Shown: positions 10,250 through 18,291, numbered from the stretch's first letter. The stretch is 32,000 bases of DNA from an uncultured Erysipelotrichaceae bacterium (GCA_942493105.1 OW818668.1:330001-362000), one strand, 5' to 3'. A program made the numbers and translations. The notes: generated by a model from the letters alone, not told the origin.

Positions 10250-10267
10250 ACGAAAGTGATGTTTCGT
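10250..10267. promoter_or_regulatory. Inverted repeat ACGAAA-N6-TTTCGT upstream of the GH1 gene (candidate operator)
   Basis: Seen directly in the sequence, 61 nt upstream of the GH1 start codon and upstream of a TATAAT-like element. Confidence 0.3.
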
Positions 10268-10282
10268 AGAATCTTGGCGATT

Positions 10283-10307
10283 AAAAAACTGTGTCATTCA
10301 ACACAGT
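10283..10307 (-). terminator. Rho-independent terminator of the nitroreductase gene
   Basis: The minus strand reads ACTGTGT-tgaatg-ACACAGT followed by TTTTT. Confidence 0.7.
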
Positions 10308-10318
10308 TTTCTTAATTC

Positions 10319-11074
10319 TTATGATTTTACTTTTAAGTTGAATCCTTGAGATGCAACATCATTGAGGATCTCAGATCGACGAAGATTTGGATTCATCATT
10401 CTTTTAGAGATCATTGTGCTAAAACTGTCTACTCTGCGATTGGTATCCCTTAAGTCATAATAGGTCTGAAGCAACTGATCATAGTCCTTGATCTTGGATA
10501 AATAGTTTTCAAATCGGACATAGTGATTCTCAAAGACACGCAGATCCATCGACATTCTTGGTTTTAAAGCAGGACTTTGATTTGGAATCCCGATTGCGAC
10601 TCCTAGTACCGGAAAAGTCAAAGGCGGAAGATCAAGCAGTTGTGCTAAGGCTGGTGCATCATTTAAGATGCTGCCCAGATATAAGGTACCTAAATCTAAT
10701 GATTCAGCTGCCGTGACCACGTTTTGAGCCATGAGTGCCGCATCCGTAAAAGATTGAAAGAATCCATCCATCCCTGTGGATGTCTGTGAGATGATCCCTT
10801 GTTCAACAGCGAACTGATTGTTTCGATACTGATCAACAATGAAAATCAAAAATAAAGGAATTCTACTGACATATTCTTGTTTACATATGACAGAAATCTT
10901 TTGTTTGAGGTGTGGATCTGTAATTATAATGATGGAACTGGCTTGAAGTGCACTTGAAGTAGCTGTCCGTTGTGCAACTTCCATTAAGCAATCTATGGTT
11001 TCCTTTGGTAAAGGCTCATTTTTAAATTCGCGGATCGAGCGATGATTCAACTGGTTTTTGATGGTTTCATTCAT
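10319..11074 (-). CDS. Oxygen-insensitive NAD(P)H nitroreductase (NfsA/NfrA family)
   Basis: 251 aa. N-terminal LNHRSIREF...P is typical of NfsA-like nitroreductases, and the size matches. Confidence 0.8.
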   Translation of the reverse strand: MNETIKNQLNHRSIREFKNEPLPKETIDCLMEVAQRTATSSALQASSIIIITDPHLKQKISVICKQEYVSRIPLFLIFIVDQYRNNQFAVEQGIISQTSTGMDGFFQSFTDAALMAQNVVTAAESLDLGTLYLGSILNDAPALAQLLDLPPLTFPVLGVAIGIPNQSPALKPRMSMDLRVFENHYVRFENYLSKIKDYDQLLQTYYDLRDTNRRVDSFSTMISKRMMNPNLRRSEILNDVASQGFNLKVKS

Positions 11075-11140
11075 GTGTTTTCCCCTTTGGATGTACGTGT
11101 GTACTGGTTGATTAAATTTTCTATCTAAAACTTATGTGCC

Positions 11141-11545
11141 TTAAGATCGTTTGGTAAATTCTCTGCGACAACTTGGGCAAGTAATAGCAATCTTACCTCT
11201 TTTACTGGGAACCCTAACTTTTGTGTTGCATTGTGGGCAAATATAAACTTTATGTTGACGATCTGTCAGGTTGTTTTGTAGTACACTGATTCGTCTTCTC
11301 AATGGTCTGGTCCATTTCAGATAGATTTGATTTTCTTTACGTCGAGCACTGATCTTCTTAGACAATGATCGATATAGCGCAATGATGAAAATCAAGATAC
11401 AGATATAATTTACGATCTGATTTCTAAAAAAGATTGAGTTTAGTATCGATAAGATAAAATAACTCACCAATAAAACTAAATTAAGTTGATCATTACCATA
11501 TCTTCCCATCATAAATCTTTGAATTGATCTTAAGAATTTATCCAT
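11141..11545 (-). CDS. Membrane protein with a C-terminal zinc-ribbon (CPQC...CPSC)
   Basis: The preferred start is the ATG at 11545, preceded by AAAGGAG. The track's longer ORF overlaps the upstream gene. Two TM segments, then CPQCNTKVRVPSKRGKIAITCPSC. Confidence 0.65.
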   Translation of the reverse strand: MDKFLRSIQRFMMGRYGNDQLNLVLLVSYFILSILNSIFFRNQIVNYICILIFIIALYRSLSKKISARRKENQIYLKWTRPLRRRISVLQNNLTDRQHKVYICPQCNTKVRVPSKRGKIAITCPSCRREFTKRS

Positions 11546-11558
11546 AAATATAACTCCT

Positions 11559-12584
11559 TTAATTCTTGATCGCTGCGATCGTTCGCAGAACTTGTGGATC
11601 ATACATATAATATTTGAGTTGATCGACATCATCGATCGTTTCTTCGATTTGATCAAAATAGGTCACTATTTTCTTGTGGACACGTTGATAGACTTTATCT
11701 GGATGTTTGATGGATTTATGATAAGCCAACGCATCAAAATACAGATAAATCAAAGCAGGCATGAATTCAAAACAAGAAGATTCGATCCAGAAGTCAACTT
11801 TATCGAAATCCGGAAGATATTGTTCCAAAAGTTTCTCAATCAGCTTATAACCATCCTCGTTGGATTTCCAAATATCTACGAAAACATAATCATAATCATC
11901 GATGAAACTTTGGTCAAAGAAATTAAACGCATCACCTTCGATGATGTTGAGAGGAACATGCGTTGGAAATTGAGGACGCAAGACTTGGTCAAATAGATCG
12001 ATAACGGCTTTTGATTTCTCGATGACAGTTATTGATTTTACTTGTGGGTTAAGCATGGCCATATAGATAAAGTATCCAATACCTAAACCAAAAGTTAAAA
12101 CATTACCATGTGCCTTTTGAGCATAAGGATCCATTGTATTGGCTTCAGAAGGCGCATCCAGCATCCAAACTTCTTGTCCTTGCCAAAGGAATGTTGCTTG
12201 ATAAGGTTCATCCAAAGCCCTCAGAGTCATCCAATCATTGAGTTCGCGATTGGGATCTGGATGGATACTAGAAACACTGAAGAGTTCGTCAGCAGGCATG
12301 GTTTCTTTAGTAAAGCGAAACTCTTTGCCTTTGACTTGATCGAATTTTATATGTGCTTGATAAGGACTCTTTAGATAATCTCTTGTTTTAATGTATAAAG
12401 AAGGCCAGGTCTCTTGAGGACCTAAGAATTCCGCAAATCCAGCCTCTTTCATCTTCAAACAGATTTCTTTTTCGTTCTGAGCTGATACTTGAACGCCTAA
12501 AAAATCATTCTTGGTTTCGTGAGTCAAATGGTATCGGCATCGACTAAAGAAAGCATCGATGGCTGGGTTGGTTTTAATCTTCAT
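11559..12584 (-). CDS. Class I SAM-MTase / spermidine-synthase-fold protein with a unique N-terminal domain
   Basis: The VLTFGLGIGY...ITVIEKS...IIEGDAF...DYVFVDIW pattern matches the Rossmann motifs I-IV of spermidine-synthase-like enzymes. Confidence 0.55.
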   Translation of the reverse strand: MKIKTNPAIDAFFSRCRYHLTHETKNDFLGVQVSAQNEKEICLKMKEAGFAEFLGPQETWPSLYIKTRDYLKSPYQAHIKFDQVKGKEFRFTKETMPADELFSVSSIHPDPNRELNDWMTLRALDEPYQATFLWQGQEVWMLDAPSEANTMDPYAQKAHGNVLTFGLGIGYFIYMAMLNPQVKSITVIEKSKAVIDLFDQVLRPQFPTHVPLNIIEGDAFNFFDQSFIDDYDYVFVDIWKSNEDGYKLIEKLLEQYLPDFDKVDFWIESSCFEFMPALIYLYFDALAYHKSIKHPDKVYQRVHKKIVTYFDQIEETIDDVDQLKYYMYDPQVLRTIAAIKN

Positions 12585-12602
12585 GGTTTCCTTTGTGTGA
12601 AG

Positions 12603-13142
12603 TCATGGTGACATCAATTCGACACGCATGATTTCAGTATACTTCAATTCATCATTAAGTCGTTCTGATTTCATCAAAGAAACTGAGCTGACTTGAATCG
12701 ATATTGATTCTATTTTAGATAGAATTATGGGTCGATCTGAGTGAGCAGGACAATAATTTCTAACAAGTGTCAAATGTGGGATGTATTTTTGATCTTCAAA
12801 TTCAATGTCAACATTCTTTAATCGTTGACAGATTTCTTTATGTAGAGCCATTAGGCGTGAATTGGGTTTAATACCGACCCACCAGATTTCTTCACGCTTA
12901 CGTGTAAAACAACCCAATTCACCCAAGTTTATCTCAAAGGGTTCCGCTGTGATTTCATTGAGTGCTGTTTCAATGGTTTGTGTTGTTTTGACATCACATT
13001 CTCCAATGAACACCAGCGTTAAGTGAAAGTTGTCATATGCAGTAAAACTGCCACGCAATCGATTCAATCTAAAAGGGGTCTGTGCCTTCTGTAACAGCGT
13101 CTTACAGTCATCATTCAGTGTGATTGCGATAAACACACGCAT
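12603..13142 (-). CDS. thpR: RNA 2',3'-cyclic phosphodiesterase (2H phosphoesterase, ThpR/LigT)
   Basis: 179 aa with the two H-x-T-x motifs (FHLTLVF and PHLTLVR) at the expected spacing. Confidence 0.85.
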   Translation of the reverse strand: MRVFIAITLNDDCKTLLQKAQTPFRLNRLRGSFTAYDNFHLTLVFIGECDVKTTQTIETALNEITAEPFEINLGELGCFTRKREEIWWVGIKPNSRLMALHKEICQRLKNVDIEFEDQKYIPHLTLVRNYCPAHSDRPIILSKIESISIQVSSVSLMKSERLNDELKYTEIMRVELMSP

Positions 13143-13174
13143 GGGGGTTCACTTCCTTCATAAGTCAAAATCAA

Positions 13175-13975
13175 TTATAAAACTGTGATGGAATATGAGG
13201 TAGAAAACGTTGCTTGGGGATCTAAGACTATGGTACCTTCTCTTTGATAAAAGTCTGTGGTTGTTTCTTCAAAGTCACCATGGCCATGCCAAGGTTCGAT
13301 ACACAAGAATGAAGCACCAGGTTTTTTCCAAAATACGATCCAGCGATAGCCTTCACAGCTCACTCTGACTCGTACATCTTCTCTGACTAAATCGATGTAT
13401 AAAGAATTGATGTATTCCATTCTAGAGCTGTGTTCGATCTTAAAGAATTCATCATCCATATGGGCAAATCTTCCTTCACTTAAGAAAGGATAATCTTCCT
13501 CAACCGGGAATTCTACCAAGGCAGAATCTGATGAATCGATCGCAAATGCTGGATGTAAACCAAATGAGAAAGGCATTTTCTTCTCATCTTCATTTATGAT
13601 GAGATAATCAATATTGACTGCGTGATCAACTAAGGTATAAGTGACTTGAAGCGAAAAACGGAAAGGATATTGGGCTAAGGTTGTTTCATTGTCTTGTAAA
13701 AGCACAACGATTTTATCCTTGGTGTGAGAAATCAATGTAAATAGACTATTTCTTGTAAAGCCATGATTGCCCATCTCATATACTTGATCAAACAGATGGA
13801 TCTTCTTATCAAATGTTGAACCTACAATGGGAAATAGGATCGGATTGCGGCCTGCCCAATACGTAGGATCACCTTGCCAAAGCAATTCCTTTGATGTTCG
13901 TTTATCAATCAAGGAATGCATTTCTGCGGCTTGTAGGGACACTTCTAGTGATAGGAATTCATTTTCGATTTTCAT
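13175..13975 (-). CDS. Aldose 1-epimerase family protein (LacX-like)
   Basis: FSFGLHPAF and IEPWHG motifs. The start is set at ATG 13975, preceded by AAGGA; the track ORF extends to 14050 without an RBS. Confidence 0.75.
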   Translation of the reverse strand: MKIENEFLSLEVSLQAAEMHSLIDKRTSKELLWQGDPTYWAGRNPILFPIVGSTFDKKIHLFDQVYEMGNHGFTRNSLFTLISHTKDKIVVLLQDNETTLAQYPFRFSLQVTYTLVDHAVNIDYLIINEDEKKMPFSFGLHPAFAIDSSDSALVEFPVEEDYPFLSEGRFAHMDDEFFKIEHSSRMEYINSLYIDLVREDVRVRVSCEGYRWIVFWKKPGASFLCIEPWHGHGDFEETTTDFYQREGTIVLDPQATFSTSYSITVL

Positions 13976-13989
13976 AGAGATTTTCCTTG

Positions 13990-14002
13990 GGTCATAATGA
14001 CC
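13990..14002. promoter_or_regulatory. 13-bp perfect palindrome GGTCAT-A-ATGACC in the leader of the epimerase gene
   Basis: Seen directly. Lies between a TACAAT-like -10 (14011-14016, minus strand) and the RBS. Confidence 0.3.
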
Positions 14003-14105
14003 ATGTGTATATTGTAGAACATTTAACATCAAAACAAAAGGGTAAGCCAAGCATCTTTACGCTTTAAATTTATAGCCAACAATGATCAAAATAAAAGGCC
14101 TACAC

Positions 14106-14134
14106 AAAACGAAAGGCACCTTTCATAAAGTGCC
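14106..14134 (-). terminator. Terminator downstream of the AbrB-duplication gene
   Basis: The minus strand reads GGCAC-tttatgaaag-GTGCC followed by TTTCGTTTTG. Confidence 0.5.
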
Positions 14135-14170
14135 CAAGTAACAATAAAACAACTCTTCTCTACAACACAC

Positions 14171-15244
14171 TTACATTAAAATACTAAGCAAGAATTTAAC
14201 ATAAAGTGGGAAGAGAATAATAACCAAAACCAATCTAAAAACTTGAATAACGGCAATCTTTGGGGCATCACTGTTTATTTCAGAAGCAATCAAAGCCATA
14301 TCCGAAGCTCCCCCAGGTGAAGAAGCAAACATAGCACTGATAAAGTCGATTTCACTGAATCTTGAGATCAAGTAACTGATTACAAATGAAGCAATGATAT
14401 AGCCAACCAATACGAATATAATAGGAACAAGAATCCCGCTCATTTCAGCTAAGTCACCACGATTGATCCCTGAGCCGATTAATGAACCTGCTGCCACTTG
14501 AGCGATTTGTCTAAAGGTGATGGGTAAATCAATCAAATCTGTTTTAACATTCAAGAAAGTAACGACTATAAGCGAAACCGACAGTGCTCCAGCCGGAAGT
14601 CCCGTTAAATAACCTAAGTAACCAGCAATCAAACCAATCACTAAGGTTGATAAGATCCTAATTTTTTTGTTGTCTTGGATCTTGACTTTATTGATCTTAA
14701 AGGTAGATTCTTTTTGAATCTTAGCAGGAATGACTCTTCCTACTTTTAACTTCGCATTTTTGGATAGTGTTTTGATCATAATAGGAAAAGTAGACAAGAC
14801 AAAGATCAATCGACTGGACTGCATAACAGAAACAATCGAAGGATTAGCATTTAGATCATAACTGATCAAAGACATATCCACAACACCACCAGGTACAGCC
14901 ACTAAAAAAGCTGTGGGATAATCGAAACCAAACAAATGATGCAAAGTCAAACCCATGATGGTTGTGAATATCAAAAAGGATCCAATTAGGATGACAATAG
15001 GAACAAACAGTTTCTTAAACCCCAATAAGTCTGAATCTTTGATGCCTTTTGCGATATAGGTCCCTGTTATAGCCTGGGTAATGATCTTGATTTCATTTGG
15101 CATGTATAAGAAATCTGTCCCAACATTGACAATAGCAACCAAAAACATAGGTCCCAACATATAAGGAATTGGAAATTTCAATTTTTTAGCTATTAAGGCA
15201 CCAACAATAGCCACTGCGAAAGTAGCCAAAATATTTTGAATCAT
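14171..15244 (-). CDS. AbrB-duplication family membrane protein (putative ammonia-monooxygenase-like, PF05145-type)
   Basis: 357 aa. Two internally similar hydrophobic halves. N-terminus ...GALIAKKLKFPIPYMLGPM is typical of the family. Strong AAAGGAGGGG RBS. Confidence 0.65.
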   Translation of the reverse strand: MIQNILATFAVAIVGALIAKKLKFPIPYMLGPMFLVAIVNVGTDFLYMPNEIKIITQAITGTYIAKGIKDSDLLGFKKLFVPIVILIGSFLIFTTIMGLTLHHLFGFDYPTAFLVAVPGGVVDMSLISYDLNANPSIVSVMQSSRLIFVLSTFPIMIKTLSKNAKLKVGRVIPAKIQKESTFKINKVKIQDNKKIRILSTLVIGLIAGYLGYLTGLPAGALSVSLIVVTFLNVKTDLIDLPITFRQIAQVAAGSLIGSGINRGDLAEMSGILVPIIFVLVGYIIASFVISYLISRFSEIDFISAMFASSPGGASDMALIASEINSDAPKIAVIQVFRLVLVIILFPLYVKFLLSILM

Positions 15245-15406
15245 GTTTCCCCTCCTTTATCATCGATCAATGTATAGACAACTTAAAAAGTTTTCAACGG
15301 TTTAATTGTAGCACACCGATAACGTGGGTTAAAGCGTTTTATAGGGCAAGCATGAGAATCTTTTTCCCTATCAATAATTACATTTAACACCCTCGAAATT
15401 TGCACT

Positions 15407-15425
15407 AAAAAAGCCCTTAAGGCTT
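15407..15425 (-). terminator. Weak hairpin terminator at the end of the redox/permease operon
   Basis: The minus strand reads AAGCC-ttaag-GGCTT followed by TTTT. The stem is only 5 bp. Confidence 0.4.
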
Positions 15426-15429
15426 AGTG

Positions 15430-15774
15430 TCAACGATGAATAATGAATCTGTATTTATGCTTCTTTTGATAAATTCGATAAACGATGTATCCTAAGCAAA
15501 ACCCTAGGCTAATGATCATAATGATCCAATTCTTAGTGAGAAGACTATTGATCGCCAAGGCACCGAAATGAAAGAACATGATGATCAATAAATCAGAGTT
15601 TAGTTTGAGTCGTCGCTTGGGATAGATATACAAGATATACATTCCAATTCCGATAAATTCTAAATCTACGAGCAATTTCCAAAAGTCTTTGTCCATGATG
15701 TTTGAAAACGCTGAATAAAGGAGAAACAAGATTCCAATCCATAAGATTATTCTAGGTAGTTTCTGACGATTCAT
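15430..15774 (-). CDS. Small membrane protein (114 aa), unknown function
   Basis: Four hydrophobic segments. The start lies 2 nt after the upstream permease stop, suggesting translational coupling. Confidence 0.5.
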   Translation of the reverse strand: MNRQKLPRIILWIGILFLLYSAFSNIMDKDFWKLLVDLEFIGIGMYILYIYPKRRLKLNSDLLIIMFFHFGALAINSLLTKNWIIMIISLGFCLGYIVYRIYQKKHKYRFIIHR

Positions 15775-15776
15775 TT

Positions 15777-16316
15777 CTATTTTTCGATTTTCAAAGCACG
15801 TGTATGTATTTCTTCAAGACCTTTGTGACCTAATACTTTTTCACTGATTAAAGCAATGCCCATGATCCCAACTATATTTAAGACAAATCGTGTCACCGTA
15901 AAAGGTAATCCCATCGATGCAGCTTCAAACATCAAAAGAGGAATCTTTGTAGTAGACCATGCACCAATCATAATCAATACATTTCTAAAAGAACTTCCTT
16001 TTTTAAGCAACATCAATGCTACAGGAAATCCTGCATAGAGCGGACCAGCTGCTGCTGAACCCAAGAGGAAAGCCAATAAGATTCCTTTAATTCCACTATC
16101 CTTACCCATTAAGTTGACCATGGTTTCGCGTTTGACCCATACATCCAACAAGCCTAAAAGAATAAATATTGGAGGTAAAACCATTGCCATTTCAGATAAG
16201 CTATTTATCGTTTTTGTAGAACTTGCATCAAACAAATCTTTATTGACAAAGAATAGGACCACATAAACAACGATCAAGATTAGAAATAAACGATATCTTT
16301 TTAGAGTTGTTTTCAT
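15777..16316 (-). CDS. Half-size permease, subunit 2 (PF03773/ArsP-like predicted-permease family)
   Basis: 179 aa. LLGSAAAGPLYAGFPVALMLLKKG is homologous to LGSITLIPGFIAFPLAAALIKSG of the upstream gene. ATGA start/stop overlap at 16313-16316. Confidence 0.6.
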   Translation of the reverse strand: MKTTLKRYRLFLILIVVYVVLFFVNKDLFDASSTKTINSLSEMAMVLPPIFILLGLLDVWVKRETMVNLMGKDSGIKGILLAFLLGSAAAGPLYAGFPVALMLLKKGSSFRNVLIMIGAWSTTKIPLLMFEAASMGLPFTVTRFVLNIVGIMGIALISEKVLGHKGLEEIHTRALKIEK

Positions 16317-16789
16317 TTTAGAATGACCCCCATGATTAAGGCAACAAAAAGAGAAAATAGAAATGCCAATCCATTTCTAAGATAAGCTGCCTTCTTCCCA
16401 AAGAATTTGATTTCCATCGGAAGAGTAACGATGCCTACCATCATTAAGGTCGAAATGAAGGCTGCGATCTGCATATAACCTGCTCCGCTTTTAATCAAAG
16501 CAGCTGCTAAAGGAAATGCTATAAATCCTGGTATTAAGGTAATTGAACCTAAAATCGATGCCAATAAGACGCCAACCCATCCAGAATCTCCTCCAATGAG
16601 TGAAGAGATTTGAGCAGGAGTCAAAATACTTAACACGAAACCAATCAATAATAGAATCGAAAGAAATTGAGGTAAGATATTCTCAAAAGACTTCCAAGCT
16701 TTTTTTAAAGCTTGGATCGTTTTTTCTTTAGACTTAAACCAAGAAAATCCTAATGCAATTGCAGCAATTACGTATACAGCATTATCCAT
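16313..16789 (-). CDS. Half-size permease, subunit 1 (PF03773/ArsP-like predicted-permease family)
   Basis: Start set at ATG 16789 (MDNAVYVIAAIALG...). It overlaps the last codons of the upstream regulator (..CACCATGGATAA). The track's longer start would read through the His-rich tail in another frame. Confidence 0.6.
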   Translation of the reverse strand: MDNAVYVIAAIALGFSWFKSKEKTIQALKKAWKSFENILPQFLSILLLIGFVLSILTPAQISSLIGGDSGWVGVLLASILGSITLIPGFIAFPLAAALIKSGAGYMQIAAFISTLMMVGIVTLPMEIKFFGKKAAYLRNGLAFLFSLFVALIMGVILK

Positions 16790-17510
16790 GGTGATGTCCT
16801 TCGTGGTTGTGTTTGTGTTCATGATTATGATCGCCACAACCAGCACATTCTTGTGCTGTCAAAGAAGTTGTTAAAGTCTTATTGAGATAAGCATCTAATG
16901 CTTCATCAGCTGTTTTATCTTGAGCATCAATACATTGCATGTTAAGTGCAACCAAACGATTATATGCACCTTTTCCCATAGATTTCATGATCAAAACATC
17001 AACACCTTTGTCTTTTAAGAACTGGGGACGTTCTTGATGGACATGCACATCATCATGAATGTCCTCTGTATTCACAACAACATTATTTTCGATTTCTACG
17101 ATTCTGAAATCATTACAATGACCAAAATGCTCAGCTACGTTTTGCCCGTTAAGGCCTATGGCGATTTTCAACTTGTTTTCTCCTGTTTCATGGTTTATTG
17201 AACGTGTGTTTAAAGGTGATTGTTCTACAAAATTGACAGGTCCGCCTTCTATTTCAAGAACTTTTCCCAAAACCAATGCTTGTGCGATCTTGACTCGAGC
17301 ACTGGCATAAATACGTTGTACCGTCGTACGACTGATATTCATGACCGTTGCACAATTTTCTTGACTGAGTCTTTCGAAATCACATTTACGAATGACTTCA
17401 AATTCATCCAGTGATAAAATGATTGAACCGTGTTCACCTGTCTTTTCAGGACTAAATTTACAACAAACCGGTTCTTCCATAATACTTCTAGATTTGAAAG
17501 GTCTTGGCAT
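16782..17510 (-). CDS. DUF134 (UPF0251 HTH) :: NifB/NifX-like cofactor-binding domain fusion with a Cys/His-rich tail; putative regulator
   Basis: N-terminus MPRPFKSR...FSP...LSLDEFEVIR...MNISRTTVQRIYASARVKIAQALVLGK matches DUF134. The middle, KIAIGLNG..VAEHFGHC..F.IVE....DVLIMKSMGKGAYNRL, matches the dinitrogenase FeMo-cofactor-binding fold (NifX/NifB-C). The tail is ECAGCGDHNHEHKHNHEGHHHG. Confidence 0.7.
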   Translation of the reverse strand: MPRPFKSRSIMEEPVCCKFSPEKTGEHGSIILSLDEFEVIRKCDFERLSQENCATVMNISRTTVQRIYASARVKIAQALVLGKVLEIEGGPVNFVEQSPLNTRSINHETGENKLKIAIGLNGQNVAEHFGHCNDFRIVEIENNVVVNTEDIHDDVHVHQERPQFLKDKGVDVLIMKSMGKGAYNRLVALNMQCIDAQDKTADEALDAYLNKTLTTSLTAQECAGCGDHNHEHKHNHEGHHHG

Positions 17511-17520
17511 AGAACTCCTT

Positions 17521-17538
17521 TATGAACATATGTTCATA
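17521..17538. promoter_or_regulatory. Perfect 18-bp palindrome TATGAACATATGTTCATA (operator; core equals the Cheo/LexA box GAAC-N4-GTTC)
   Basis: Seen directly. Starts 3 nt downstream of the -10 element and abuts the AAGGAG RBS of the DUF134-NifX gene. Confidence 0.6.
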
Positions 17539-17541
17539 ACT

Positions 17542-17569
17542 AGTATACATCTCTTTTAAATTAATGCAA
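17542..17569 (-). promoter_or_regulatory. Internal sigma-A-type promoter for the DUF134-NifX/permease genes
   Basis: The minus strand reads TTGCAT (17569-17564), 16-nt spacer, TATACT (17547-17542). Confidence 0.5.
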
Positions 17570-17583
17570 GAAAAAAGAATTGG

Positions 17584-17907
17584 TTATTTAACCAATCCAA
17601 ATTTCCATGATCCAACGCCACCAATATTGTGGACATCTGTATAGCCTGATTTCTTTAGGAAGTCTGTAGCATCACCTGCTCTGGCTCCACTTAAACAGAT
17701 CACAAATATTTTTTGATCTTTATTAGGCAGCATGCCTTGGACTTTTTGAGGCAAGGTATTCAATGGCACATTGACACTGCCTTTGACATGCCCTTCTCTA
17801 AACTCTTCCTTTGTACGCACATCAATCAATTTGATGGTTTTATCTGCCTGAAGCAATTCATAAGCTTTTTCCTGACTAAGATGATTTGATTTGAAGAAAT
17901 TGAACAT
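17584..17907 (-). CDS. Single-domain rhodanese (sulfurtransferase-type)
   Basis: 107 aa. Active-site loop VICLSGARAG (C-X4-R) in a typical rhodanese fold pattern (LIDVRT..EF..GH..G..N.P). Confidence 0.85.
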   Translation of the reverse strand: MFNFFKSNHLSQEKAYELLQADKTIKLIDVRTKEEFREGHVKGSVNVPLNTLPQKVQGMLPNKDQKIFVICLSGARAGDATDFLKKSGYTDVHNIGGVGSWKFGLVK

Positions 17908-17925
17908 GTTGCCCTCGCTTTGTGT

Positions 17926-17936
17926 TGTTCATAACT
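17926..17936. promoter_or_regulatory. Half-site TGTTCATAACT, identical to 17531-17541, upstream of the rhodanese gene
   Basis: An 11-nt exact repeat of one arm plus flank of the 17521-17538 palindrome. The second arm is not conserved. Confidence 0.35.
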
Positions 17937-17943
17937 GCTAACC

Positions 17944-18237
17944 CTATAAACCATTCGACTTTATGAAATCTAATGATCTTTCAACTTTATGTAAGTCGAT
18001 GAATCTGCTCTCACGCAAGATCTCTTTACCTTCCGCAAACACCAATATGGTTGGTACTGTGAAGACACGATGTTGGCCTGAAGTCCATTGATCTTTCGTA
18101 ATGTCGATTTCAATTAAAGGAATGGTATACTCTTTTAAAACTTCTTTTAGTTGAGGTTCTATCGAATGACATACCCCACACTTTTCACTCACGAAACTCA
18201 TCACATAGGATGAGACATCGTGTTGTTTGTTTGTCAA
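17944..18237 (-). CDS. Thioredoxin-fold protein (CGVC active site)
   Basis: 97 aa. VSEKCGVCHS CxxC motif and cis-Pro context FTVPTILVF. Probable TTG start 9 nt after GGAGG. Confidence 0.75.
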   Translation of the reverse strand: MTNKQHDVSSYVMSFVSEKCGVCHSIEPQLKEVLKEYTIPLIEIDITKDQWTSGQHRVFTVPTILVFAEGKEILRESRFIDLHKVERSLDFIKSNGL

Positions 18238-18291
18238 ACGTCATTACCTCCTTTTAGTAACCTGATCAGTATTAACACGATCGAGGAATAC

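Noticed and set aside
11546-11656. Longer start for the zinc-ribbon ORF (track 11141..11656)
   Set aside because: It would overlap the upstream gene by about 100 nt. ATG 11545 has an AAAGGAG RBS and lies 13 nt after the upstream stop.
11592-12374. Antisense ORFs 11592..11996 (134 aa) and 12108..12374 (88 aa)
   Set aside because: They lie opposite the methyltransferase-fold CDS. They are Ile/Phe-rich, as expected for antisense reading of AT-rich coding DNA, and have no RBS.
16790-16846. Longer start of the first half-permease
   Set aside because: The extension is the His-rich tail region read out of frame (MLVVAIIIMNTNTTTKDIT). ATG 16789 starts directly with the first TM helix.
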